DNA of 39,259 nucleotides, filler included, from an uncultured Methanosarcinales archaeon (GCA_964485195.1; 12 parts of 12 records of this genome joined end to end with filler, not necessarily neighbours in it); one strand, 5' to 3'. Shown: positions 1 through 8,443, counted from the first letter of the whole stretch. Translations and numbers: made by a program. Notes: generated from the letters alone by a model not told the origin.

Positions 1-200
1 ATTATAGCGTTTAAAAAAGATACCCTTCTTGGTTATTTTATTGTTGATGTTAACAAAAAAAATTTAACTCAAGTTTCCCTTACCAGAGTTTATCAAAAAA
101 CTTTTCATACTGCCCTTATTCTCTCCGGCTAAAAAAAGAGAAATGCCTTGATATCCTGATCCGTTAATATTGGGTTCCAGGGGAGGTCGCCACGCTCATT

Positions 201-791
201 TCATTCGCTCGCAATAGAGGTGTCCCTTTGGGGAACGTCCCCCTGTTCTTTTTTATCGACCATTTCTAATTTTTTTATATATTCATTTTTTAGAAATTGA
301 TATTTTATTATATCACCTGCCATAACTATGTTGTTTAAGTTGTCTAAAAGATACAGCTTTATATTATCATTAGTAAATTCTTGTTTTATTACCAAGATGT
401 CATAATTTTCAAGTGATTTATCAATATAAAATTTTATATAACTATATGATTTTTCCTTTGTTATTAGGCAAAATACAATTTCACGAATACTACTTAGTGT
501 GAGATAAAAATCATATATCTCTTTCATCTCTTCTAAACACATTAAACAATCAAAATTCATTTCATAAACTAATTTGAAACTATTCTGTATTTTTTCTGAA
601 TCAAATGGCATATATCCGTTGCTTGTAAATCTTTTTATATTATTTGAAACATTAAATTCTTTACCTATTTGGGAATTTATTTTTTTTATAATGGGCTCTT
701 TTGATTGAATTTTTTTTACATGATGAACAATGAAGGGTATTGATATAAATAAAGCTATAATAAATATTGACTTGCATGTATTTCTTAACAT
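201..791 (-). CDS. Membrane-anchored thioredoxin-like (CxxC) hypothetical protein
   Basis: N-terminal hydrophobic segment, FDCLMC motif, and C-terminal KLYLLDNLNNIVMAGD resembling the last strands of Trx-like proteins found beside BF3164-family genes. Confidence 0.6.
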   Translation of the reverse strand: MLRNTCKSIFIIALFISIPFIVHHVKKIQSKEPIIKKINSQIGKEFNVSNNIKRFTSNGYMPFDSEKIQNSFKLVYEMNFDCLMCLEEMKEIYDFYLTLSSIREIVFCLITKEKSYSYIKFYIDKSLENYDILVIKQEFTNDNIKLYLLDNLNNIVMAGDIIKYQFLKNEYIKKLEMVDKKEQGDVPQRDTSIASE

Positions 792-894
792 AGGGATAAA
801 TTACAAGGAATTATTAATTTAGAAAAGTTTCCTTTTTGATAGAAGTGGTCTCTTTATTAAAATGCTGCTATTAATCTGGGTAGGATTTCTATAG

Positions 895-1086
895 TCATGG
901 ACAAGGACCAGATTCTAAATAATAGTAATTGAAAATATTGCCAGTAGGAGTAACACAGTAAGAATATCGTTGAAAACAGCACGTTCCAGTTGGAGGAGCC
1001 GATGAAATTACGTGGATTGTACAAATAAAAACTAAAACTACTAGAAATATTACTAGACTTATTGATTTTAATGTTTTTTTGCTCAT
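895..1086 (-). CDS. Small secreted cysteine-rich peptide (63 aa)
   Basis: RBS AAGGAGG; Sec-type signal peptide, then APPTGTCCFQRYSYCVTPTGNIFNYYYLESGPCP (CC-x6-C-x17-C); co-oriented in operon. Confidence 0.8.
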   Translation of the reverse strand: MSKKTLKSISLVIFLVVLVFICTIHVISSAPPTGTCCFQRYSYCVTPTGNIFNYYYLESGPCP

Positions 1087-1123
1087 TTTACCCTCCTTTT
1101 TCGATGGTTTTCTTCCTTTTAAT

Positions 1124-2269
1124 TTATATCCCTAAGTTAGTTTTTTCATCATAGTTAAATTTTAATATTTCACTTTCTGTTACTCCAAAAATTGTAGACC
1201 CATCATCAGATATAGTCATTTGATAAACTTCTTTATCTAATTCAATTTGTTCTATAATTATTCCGTTATTATCTAGAACATAGATTATATTGCTGGAATT
1301 AGGTTCCTTGTTTTCTTTATTGTATTGATACTTTCCCGAATATAGCAAAAACAATCTATCTAAATTTTTGCAATAACAAATATCAAGATATCCAAACCTG
1401 GTTTTTTTATTATAAGTCATTGTATGGTAATCTCCAACTGGTACAATTTCGTATTCAGGGAAAAATGAATCAGGACCATAATAAGTAGAAACTAGTTTTT
1501 CATTTTCAATATTATACTTCTCAATTATAGCTCCATACCTAGTTGCTATAAATATTTCTTTGGATTTCTCTTTGAAAATAAATTTTCCAATAAAACCATG
1601 TGAATGTTGAGGCCCAAATCTTTCTTTTTTTAAGATAACGGGAATTTTACCAATGCTTCTAATAAAATCACCATTCATATTATAGATTGATATTCTTCCT
1701 TTAAAAAACGCTCCAACTCCAATTATTTTCTCATCTGGTGTTATTAATAAATGAAAAGGAGCCCCGTTTCCATTTATTATTTCAATGATTTTATCTGGTT
1801 CAAATTTATCATTTAGAATTTCAATTATATTATACTTTTTTGATTTCCTTGTTGTAACATCGAATATCCAGAATACATTTTTATCTTTTGGATCGGGAAT
1901 TATTTCAGAGGCCCCAATAAATTCGTTTGGTCCTTGTCCTAAGCGGCCAAACGATTTTAACAATTTAGTTGATTTTAAACTAAATATTTTAATTATTTTG
2001 TCAGCCTTATGGTCAATGCACAATAGATAATTATTAATTATTGTGATAGAAACCGGAGCATAAATATCAATATTATTAAATACACTTGAATAAAGTTTTT
2101 CTATTTTATTTGATTTTATCAGTTTTTTATAATTGATGTAGTTGTATTTTTTTGATCTGTCCGAACACCCTGTGAATATGATTACAAAAATGATTAAACA
2201 TAGTAATGATTTTACTCCTAATTGTTCAATGAGACTTCCCATCCCTCTTCGGATGAAAATTGAGGTCAT
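1124..2269 (-). CDS. BF3164/TolB-like 6-bladed beta-propeller lipoprotein
   Basis: Lipobox IFTG-C; SFGRLGQGPNEF motif; YLDICY..RLFLLYSG and IYVLD..G blades; start moved to ATG 2269 behind RBS AAAGGAG. Confidence 0.8.
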   Translation of the reverse strand: MTSIFIRRGMGSLIEQLGVKSLLCLIIFVIIFTGCSDRSKKYNYINYKKLIKSNKIEKLYSSVFNNIDIYAPVSITIINNYLLCIDHKADKIIKIFSLKSTKLLKSFGRLGQGPNEFIGASEIIPDPKDKNVFWIFDVTTRKSKKYNIIEILNDKFEPDKIIEIINGNGAPFHLLITPDEKIIGVGAFFKGRISIYNMNGDFIRSIGKIPVILKKERFGPQHSHGFIGKFIFKEKSKEIFIATRYGAIIEKYNIENEKLVSTYYGPDSFFPEYEIVPVGDYHTMTYNKKTRFGYLDICYCKNLDRLFLLYSGKYQYNKENKEPNSSNIIYVLDNNGIIIEQIELDKEVYQMTISDDGSTIFGVTESEILKFNYDEKTNLGI

Positions 2270-2348
2270 CTTTCTCCTTTCAATCACATGCAATGAGATA
2301 TATTTTCTTGTTAATTTCAATCTATGTTTTTATCATTATATTATATAA

Positions 2349-2364
2349 AGCAAGATTTGTGCCA
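2349..2364 (-). promoter_or_regulatory. Sigma54 (-24/-12) promoter
   Basis: Minus strand reads TGGCACAAATCTTGCT, matching TGGCAC-N5-TTGCW; lies between the activator gene and the propeller operon, pointing into the operon. Confidence 0.85.
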
Positions 2365-2437
2365 CATCTCTATTAAACAGTATTTGCAAGAATCTAAACA
2401 AGTTAGATTTACCTCTTAAAAATAATAAGACTCCTTT

Positions 2438-2478
2438 AGTCGAGCTCTAATCCGACTTAAGCGAGCTAGGGCTCGACT
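2438..2478. promoter_or_regulatory. Inverted repeat (terminator of activator gene or upstream activator site)
   Basis: AGTCGAGCTCTA (2438-2449) / TAGGGCTCGACT (2467-2478), 11/12 complementary; directly after activator stop, about 75-115 bp upstream of the -24 element. Confidence 0.45.
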
Positions 2479-2479
2479 T

Positions 2480-3499
2480 TCAGCGAAGGTTGAAGTGCCT
2501 AATAATATCAATGAATTTCTTATAATCCTCCTTGCCCTCTCCCGCATTAAATAAAGATAAAAGCTCTTTATAGGAGCCTCCTGTTTTCTTAAGACCAAGG
2601 GAGATTATTTCTTTTACCTCTCTGCGGTTAAGCTCTCTCTTAAGAAAAGGCTTGTGAACTACCTCCCAGAAACTCTTACCGCCATGAACCATCTTATGGA
2701 AAAGGTTTGTAACCACATCTTCTTCTCTATCGATTGGAGGTTCAATCTTTATATCATCGGGCTTTATTATATTCCCTTCAGCCATAATAAAGGCTCTTAA
2801 TATAATGTTTTCAAGCTCCCTTATATTACCGGGAAATTCATAATCCAGGAGTTTTCTCATGGCCGGGGGAGACATCTTTTTACTCACCTTGTTCCTCTGC
2901 ACTGCCTCTCTTAATATCTCATCTACAAGCAAAGGAATATCCTCTCTCCTTTCTCTTATGGGAGGGATGTATATTTCAAATACATTAAGCCTGAAATATA
3001 AATCCTCCCGAAACCGGCCTGCTTTTACTTCCTCTTTTAAATCTTTGTTGGAAGCTGCTATTATTCTAACATCAATCTCTATCTCTTCTTCTCCTCCAAG
3101 ACGGAAAAACTTCCCTTTATCCAGAAATAGAAGAAGTTTTGACTGACACTCTGAACCGAGATCGGAGACTTCATCTAAAAAGAGAGTGCCCCCGGCTGCA
3201 ATCTCAATTTTCCCCACCTTCCTTCCCACTGCACCGGTAAAAGCACCTTTTTCATGACCGAAGAGTTCACTTTCAAAAAGCTCTTTTGGGATATTGATGC
3301 AGCCTTGTTGAAGAAAGCGCTTATTTTTCCTCCTGCTTAAACGATGGATACACTCTGAAGCCATAGATTTGCCTACTCCTGTCTCCCCGGCGATAAGAAC
3401 CGGGCAATCGTTGCGGGAAGCTTTATGAATCAGGCGGTTTACTTCCCTTATTGCTTGACTCTTTCCTGTCAAGCCATTTAAGGCCGGCTTCAGTACCAT
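2480..3499 (-). CDS. Sigma54-dependent activator (bEBP) lacking an N-terminal regulatory domain
   Basis: Walker A GETGVGKS, ESELFGHEKGAFTGA, GTLFLDEV, RFREDLYFRLN, FPGNIRELEN; starts directly at the AAA+ domain; non-Fis C-terminus SFWEVVHKPF..GGSYK. Confidence 0.93.
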   Translation of the reverse strand: MVLKPALNGLTGKSQAIREVNRLIHKASRNDCPVLIAGETGVGKSMASECIHRLSRRKNKRFLQQGCINIPKELFESELFGHEKGAFTGAVGRKVGKIEIAAGGTLFLDEVSDLGSECQSKLLLFLDKGKFFRLGGEEEIEIDVRIIAASNKDLKEEVKAGRFREDLYFRLNVFEIYIPPIRERREDIPLLVDEILREAVQRNKVSKKMSPPAMRKLLDYEFPGNIRELENIILRAFIMAEGNIIKPDDIKIEPPIDREEDVVTNLFHKMVHGGKSFWEVVHKPFLKRELNRREVKEIISLGLKKTGGSYKELLSLFNAGEGKEDYKKFIDIIRHFNLR

Positions 3500-3929
3500 C
3501 TTTTCCCCCCTCCAAGTTATTACACTTCTATAATATATTCACTCATTACTGTTATCAAGCTTTTTCCGGCTTATGGATCTGGAAATAGTTGCATTTTTTA
3601 TATTCTTTTTTCTTAGAAATTATTCTTTTATTATTTTCTCCAACCCGGGTATTTTCTTTTCTACTCGAATCTTTCCCTCAAAGAACCCGGGAGAATTTCT
3701 TATAAGTAAGAGTTCCACCCTCTCCCCTCCTTATCCACAGCTTTCCCTCTTTTCTCATCTATTTAGTCGGAGGAGGAAGGAATGATCGGGAAAATATTGG
3801 AAAAAAATTATATTACAGGAAAAATTATGATTCTTTTTCTCTAATAAAAAATTCCTTCCAAGTAGTAGGATTCAAAAAATATAAAACAACTTTCCCTCAG
3901 AAACACGATAAGGTAACATGATGATGTGA

Positions 3930-4001
3930 TGCACCTCCTGCGGGAGTCTAAAGTATGATAGACTACCCGCAGTGTCAAATAATTTAAATTATGGAGGTGC
4001 A
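3930..4001 (+). ncRNA. Structured non-coding leader of IS110 element (candidate bridge-RNA portion or RBS-sequestering hairpin)
   Basis: TGCACCTCC (3930-3938) pairs with GGAGGTGCA (3993-4001); nested stem TGCGGG-AGTCTA / TAGACT-A-CCCGCA. Confidence 0.4.
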
Positions 4002-4004
4002 CAA

Positions 4005-4147
4005 ATGGATTATATGGGAATTGACCATCATAAGCAATACTCACACATCACATTGATGGACGAGAAGGGAAAAAAGCTCAAGTCCGGCAGAGTGGCTAAC
4101 TATTACTCAGAGTTGGAGAAGTTTCTTGATGGAAAGAGAGAGGTTAA
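4005..4147 (+). mobile_element. IS110-family transposase, 5' fragment (cut by contig end)
   Basis: MDYMGIDHHKQYSHITLMDEKG..GRVAN fits the DEDD/RuvC-like N-terminus (GID motif); RBS GGAGG. Confidence 0.8.
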
Positions 4148-4247
4148 NNNNNNNNNNNNNNNNNNNNNNNNNNNNNNNNNNNNNNNNNNNNTTAATTAAT
4201 TAANNNNNNNNNNNNNNNNNNNNNNNNNNNNNNNNNNNNNNNNNNNN

Positions 4248-4308
4248 ATTCAGTGATCTCAACCCGGACTTCTTCCAAAGGATTCTTTTTGAATTTACTT
4301 ATCAGCAT
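4248..4308 (-). CDS. PC4/p15-like DNA-binding protein, 5' fragment
   Basis: Manual translation MLISKFKKNPLEEVRVEITE, resembling the PC4-family KN..EE.RV...E start; runs into contig end. Confidence 0.5.
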
Positions 4309-4387
4309 CTTTTTTTTCCAAATAAATCGCATATCCCATAATGCCAAAAACTAAAATAATCATTCCCCAAAATATGTAAACAAACAT
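4295..4387 (-). CDS. 30-aa single-TM peptide
   Basis: RBS GGAGGTG; MFVYIFWGMIILVFGIMGYAIYLEKKDADK; overlaps next start. Confidence 0.55.
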   Translation of the reverse strand: MFVYIFWGMIILVFGIMGYAIYLEKKDADK

Positions 4388-4468
4388 TTTTTCACCTCCA
4401 TTTTAAGCCGGAGGCACCGGTCGCAAGCAAGTCCCGGCACCTCCATTTATAAAAAAAACATGAGATCC

Positions 4469-4813
4469 TCAATCAGGGATAAGGTCATTATCCTCTGAGT
4501 CTTCGTTATCTGAATCAGGAATCAATTCATTTTCATCCTGATCCTTCTTCTTTTTTTTCTCTTCCTCAATTCCTGGGATTAATTCATTTTCATTTTTCAA
4601 TTTTTTCTCCTTTTTGATTTTTTTTTGTTCTTCTTTTAGTTCTTTTTCAGCCTTCCAAGATTCATAATCCACTTCACTTTTTATGATTTTTCCGAACTCT
4701 GGATCCTTTTCTAATTCATCCTTTGAAAATATTTGACTAGGCTGAAGTTTCCTGGCCCTTACTTGAAAAATTAACTCTGATATGTCTATTTTTTTTTCAT
4801 CCATTTTCATCAC
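4469..4813 (-). CDS. Hypothetical protein with three (E/D)N(E/D)LIP repeats
   Basis: ATGA overlap with upstream gene; ENELIP, ENELIP, DNDLIP in acidic tail. Confidence 0.7.
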   Translation of the reverse strand: MMKMDEKKIDISELIFQVRARKLQPSQIFSKDELEKDPEFGKIIKSEVDYESWKAEKELKEEQKKIKKEKKLKNENELIPGIEEEKKKKKDQDENELIPDSDNEDSEDNDLIPD

Positions 4814-5655
4814 TCCATGATTTTGACTCTGTCTGAAGAAATTCTGTGCGTGCCAAAACTTGATACATCAACACTCAAGGGTCTGAGAGTCAAGACAACA
4901 GTGACTTGATCATCTTCATTGAACTTAGAGAGCTGCTCTAAAAATGAAGGGACAAGGCCCTGGGGTAGAATGGGGTCAAACTGGATTTTCCTGGCCTCTT
5001 TTACAGGCATCCGGTCCCACCTATAGCCAGAGGTCAAGGCCTTCCCGGTTGTGAGCTGAAGCCGGTGTTCCATCTGCTGAAGATCACTTCTTGTGCTGTG
5101 ATAGTCTTCAAAGAAAATAGACATCTCTCTATCAGCAAATTCCTTGAGCTTCTCAAGAGTTTCCTTCAGGATCATACCAGGCTGCAATAAGAGCTGTCTC
5201 ACTCGATGCTGAGTCTTTATGAGTTCATGTTCAATGTTCATGATCTCAAGACGCTTTTTCCGTATAGCTTCAAGGCTTTGAGATAGTTCTTTTTGTGTTT
5301 GCTCAACGGCTTCTTTTTGAATATCAGCTTCTCTTTTTCCTTTAGCTTGGAATTCTTTGAGACTGATTTTTCCTTCTTTGACATCTGCTTCAAGTGGAAT
5401 ACCCTTCTTTATTGATTTTTCTTTTTCCTTTAAGATTTTGGACTCAAGAGCCTGAAATTCATCCTCCATTTTAGAAACAACTGAATTAGCTTTTTTCAAT
5501 TTTTCCTTGAGTTCTTTTTCTTTTCTCAACGCACCACGCATGTTTTCTTCAAGTTCTTTTTTCCTGGCTGAAGCTTCTTTTTCTTTTTTAGCCCATTCAT
5601 CCTTAACACGCTTAACCAAATCAGGGATTGAATCAATTCTTATTCCTTCACTCAT
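4810..5655 (-). CDS. Coiled-coil hypothetical protein (paralog of 6279-6983)
   Basis: Start reassigned to MSEGIR; shared C-terminal motifs SG[YF]RW, EAR, DPI.P, PS.LEQLS, VTV. Confidence 0.8.
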   Translation of the reverse strand: MSEGIRIDSIPDLVKRVKDEWAKKEKEASARKKELEENMRGALRKEKELKEKLKKANSVVSKMEDEFQALESKILKEKEKSIKKGIPLEADVKEGKISLKEFQAKGKREADIQKEAVEQTQKELSQSLEAIRKKRLEIMNIEHELIKTQHRVRQLLLQPGMILKETLEKLKEFADREMSIFFEDYHSTRSDLQQMEHRLQLTTGKALTSGYRWDRMPVKEARKIQFDPILPQGLVPSFLEQLSKFNEDDQVTVVLTLRPLSVDVSSFGTHRISSDRVKIME

Positions 5656-5776
5656 TTTCTTCTTCCTCCTGTTCTTTGGCTTTTTTCCTTTCCTCAATTA
5701 TTTGTTCTCTTTTTTTCCTTTCCTCAATTTTCTCAAGGTCAACTTCCCTAGTAGTAATAAACTTTTTTTCTTTCAT
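5648..5776 (-). CDS. Small charged protein (42 aa)
   Basis: RBS GGAGGT; MKEKKFITTREVDLEK..; overlaps next start. Confidence 0.6.
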   Translation of the reverse strand: MKEKKFITTREVDLEKIEERKKREQIIEERKKAKEQEEEENE

Positions 5777-5842
5777 TTTTACCTCCATTTTAAGGGGGGC
5801 CGGGTTAAGAAAAAGAAGTCCAGCCCCCATAAGTCAAAGAGT

Positions 5843-5995
5843 CTATTTTTTACCGAACAAATCAATGCCGGCAATATGCCAGAGTAAACTTTCAAATAAG
5901 CACTGCTTGCCTCTTTCGGTCTGCATAAAAAACCGGCAATTTTCACATTCCAAGTCCTTCCGGAACGGACACTCTTTTTTTTGTTTTTCATTCAT
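5843..5995 (-). CDS. 50-aa Cys4 (putative zinc-binding) protein, not in ORF track
   Basis: ATGA overlap with upstream stop; MNEKQKKECPFRKDLECENCRFFMQTERGKQCLFESLLWHIAGIDLFGKK. Confidence 0.65.
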   Translation of the reverse strand: MNEKQKKECPFRKDLECENCRFFMQTERGKQCLFESLLWHIAGIDLFGKK

Positions 5996-6276
5996 TTTTT
6001 TGCATCCTTTATGTAGTTTTCGATGATGTCTAAATCATCCTGTTTTAAATCCTGAATCGGAGTGACTCCATTTTTTCTGTATTCACCTGAAGCCATACGT
6101 GTAACCTCAAACCCACCTTCAATTTTGATGCTGTCTTTACCAGGAAAAACGTTTCTCAAACCAGCTTCAATTTGTTCTGGTTCTGGCCCTTCAAGGCTCA
6201 TATCATCAACATCAAATTCCTTCTTATCGCCTTCAAGACTCATGTCCTCAATAATATCGTCTTTTTTTTCACTCAT
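5992..6276 (-). CDS. Acidic hypothetical protein with duplicated DMSLEG motif
   Basis: RBS GGAGG; starts 2 nt after upstream stop. Confidence 0.7.
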   Translation of the reverse strand: MSEKKDDIIEDMSLEGDKKEFDVDDMSLEGPEPEQIEAGLRNVFPGKDSIKIEGGFEVTRMASGEYRKNGVTPIQDLKQDDLDIIENYIKDAKK

Positions 6277-6278
6277 TA

Positions 6279-6983
6279 TTAGCCCTCCGATTTTATATTT
6301 GATTTGACAACTCTTGATTCCCCAAAAACTTGGTGAACTTCAACCGGCAATCCAGGATAAAAGAAACCCTTCTGGTGATAACCAACAGTCACTTTTTCTC
6401 CATCCGGGATTTCAGAGAGCTGTTCAAGTAAAGATGGGATCTCTTTCTCAGGAAAAATAGGATCGTGTATCAGCAGCCTTGCTTCTTCTTTGCTGAGATT
6501 CTCCCACCTGAAGCCTGAACTCATACCGGATTTTGCTTTTTCAGCAAGGGATAATTTGTGTTTGATCTGATTTTTTTCGTAGTGGAACTGTCCGCCGCTC
6601 TCCTCAAGAATCTGTACTATTTCATATTCAACGAACTTAGCTAATTCCTTGTATCTATCTGCAAGAAGCTTTCCGGGATAGGTCAAGAAATGGAAAATAT
6701 TCTCTCGCAGCTCACAAATTTTTAGCTCTTTTCGGATTAACTCTGTTCTGAGTTTCCTTATTTCAGGATCCGGTTCATCCAGACTGGCTTTTTGTTCGAG
6801 TTTCTCTATAGCCTTTTTATCAATCTCAACCTCTGCTTGAAGTGACTTTTCTTCTTGTAATAGCTTCTGAAGCTCTTTTTGCTTTGACTTTTCAAGGTCT
6901 AGAGCTTTTTTCTCTTCCTTTTTTCGCAGCTCTTGACATCTTTGAATCAAGTTGAACATAGATTCATTTCTTTGTTTCTTCAT
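6279..6983 (-). CDS. Coiled-coil hypothetical protein (paralog of 4810-5655)
   Basis: RBS GGAGG before MKKQRN (alternative start 6959); shared C-terminal motifs. Confidence 0.8.
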   Translation of the reverse strand: MKKQRNESMFNLIQRCQELRKKEEKKALDLEKSKQKELQKLLQEEKSLQAEVEIDKKAIEKLEQKASLDEPDPEIRKLRTELIRKELKICELRENIFHFLTYPGKLLADRYKELAKFVEYEIVQILEESGGQFHYEKNQIKHKLSLAEKAKSGMSSGFRWENLSKEEARLLIHDPIFPEKEIPSLLEQLSEIPDGEKVTVGYHQKGFFYPGLPVEVHQVFGESRVVKSNIKSEG

Positions 6984-7149
6984 CGCTTTTTTCCTCCGTT
7001 TCTTCCTTTTCAACATCAAACTTTGGCTGTGGTAAATTGATAGGCAAGTCGTGTGTGCTCAGAAACGTGTCTCGCTCTCTCTGCTTTTTCGGCTGTAGGT
7101 TTGAAGTCGTGATAATTCTTTTTCCCTTTTTTTCTTTTGTTTCAGTCAT
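6964..7149 (-). CDS. Small charged protein (61 aa)
   Basis: RBS GGAGGT; KRIITT echoes KFITT of 5648-5776. Confidence 0.6.
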   Translation of the reverse strand: MTETKEKKGKRIITTSNLQPKKQRERDTFLSTHDLPINLPQPKFDVEKEETEEKSDEETKK

Positions 7150-7252
7150 TTTGTTACCTCCACATTTATTTTATTTTAGAGGGGAAAGGGGGACAATCCC
7201 GGAGTCCACGCAAGCAAAATGTCCCCGGTATATAAACCTTTACCTTTCCCCC

Positions 7253-7507
7253 TCATTTTTTGTGTTTCCTTTGTTTTCTTCTCTCTAAATAATCAGGATA
7301 CAACCGGCCATCCGGGCCGATATCATTCGTTGAGATAAATGAGACTTTCCGTCCTTTTATCTTGTCAACAGAACTCCAGATTGACTTTCTCAACTGATAA
7401 ATCAAATCGTTAAGATCACTCTGGTCATAACCTTTTTCATACATGACGCTGGGATTAGGCCTAACGATTTTGATTCCTAGTTTTTTAAGCATTTCAACGA
7501 ATTTCAT
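7253..7507 (-). CDS. Hypothetical protein
   Basis: 84-aa ORF starting 11 nt after terminase stop, same strand. Confidence 0.6.
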   Translation of the reverse strand: MKFVEMLKKLGIKIVRPNPSVMYEKGYDQSDLNDLIYQLRKSIWSSVDKIKGRKVSFISTNDIGPDGRLYPDYLERRKQRKHKK

Positions 7508-7518
7508 TTGTCTATTTT

Positions 7519-8340
7519 TTAATCATTTAAGCCAAAAACTTCATCCAAACTGGGGCCTATTGCAAAAGCACCTTTTTTCCCTTTTCTTGTAGCCATGACA
7601 CAAGCTCCGGCTGCTGAATTAGCCAGGTCATCATGCAAACCCTGAGGATGGTCCACACTGTCTTTTTGTTTCCCTGTTCTTCTCTCTAATTGCCTGAGTT
7701 CTCCGGTTTGACGTTTATGATCCAGGAGTTCAATCTGCTGCTGCATAACTAAGGGTAAAAACTCCAAGTAAATATCACTTTTTGAAAGCTCACTGTTTTT
7801 ATAAGTGATTCCTTCTTTTTCAAATTCAGAAGAACACCAGGAGCCAGAATAACGGTCCCCTTCACAAGCTTTGAGTCCATAGCTTTTTAGCACCTTTGCA
7901 AAGTCTTTGACTGCATCCTGAGGTCTGAAAGGTGGATATTTAGCACGTATGCAGCTCTGGATGATTTTCCCGGATTTCTCTCTAAAACACACTGAAAGGG
8001 TCATTGCATCACCCCGGCCCCCTGAAGGATCCACAAAGGCAAAATGAGAGCGCCCCTCAGTCTTCTCAAGCTCAAAACGTCCGGGAATAACTACAGCATC
8101 AAGTGCTTCAGTTGAAAGAAATGTTTCAAGATCTTCTCTGAACTCTCCAAAATATTCAGCCCTGGCCGCTGAAAAATCTGACTTTAAAGCCTTGTCAATT
8201 GTGCTTTTCTTATATGTGGGATTCATGTCCAGAGTCCCAGCCCTCCAAATCAGTGTCTCAGGATCCTCTGTCCCGTATTTATCCCGGTATGCTTCATAGA
8301 GAACACCTGTCCGGCTGTATCCTGTGCTTATCCCTAAAAG
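7519..8340 (-). CDS. terL: Terminase large subunit-like protein, C-terminal part (5' truncated)
   Basis: Frame open to contig edge ([21 protein letters not shown]); [38 protein letters not shown] fit an RNase H-like terminase nuclease domain. Confidence 0.8.
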   Translation of the reverse strand, partial: LLGISTGYSRTGVLYEAYRDKYGTEDPETLIWRAGTLDMNPTYKKSTIDKALKSDFSAARAEYFGEFREDLETFLSTEALDAVVIPGRFELEKTEGRSHFAFVDPSGGRGDAMTLSVCFREKSGKIIQSCIRAKYPPFRPQDAVKDFAKVLKSYGLKACEGDRYSGSWCSSEFEKEGITYKNSELSKSDIYLEFLPLVMQQQIELLDHKRQTGELRQLERRTGKQKDSVDHPQGLHDDLANSAAGACVMATRKGKKGAFAIGPSLDEVFGLND

Positions 8341-8443
8341 GNNNNNNNNNNNNNNNNNNNNNNNNNNNNNNNNNNNNNNNNNNNNTTAATTAATTAANNN
8401 NNNNNNNNNNNNNNNNNNNNNNNNNNNNNNNNNNNNNNNNNAG

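Larger units (their letters stand above)
4248..8341 (-). mobile_element. Fragment of a prophage- or satellite-like element
   Basis: Terminase large subunit followed by about 10 tightly coupled co-oriented hypothetical ORFs and a PC4-like gene. Confidence 0.65.

Noticed and set aside
185..245. GC-rich patch at the end of the Trx-like gene
   Set aside because: Looks like a degenerate REP-like remnant; too short and eroded to call
5779..5991. 70-aa ORF from the track
   Set aside because: Runs through the hairpin/RBS leader; the coupled Cys4 frame 5843-5995 is more plausible
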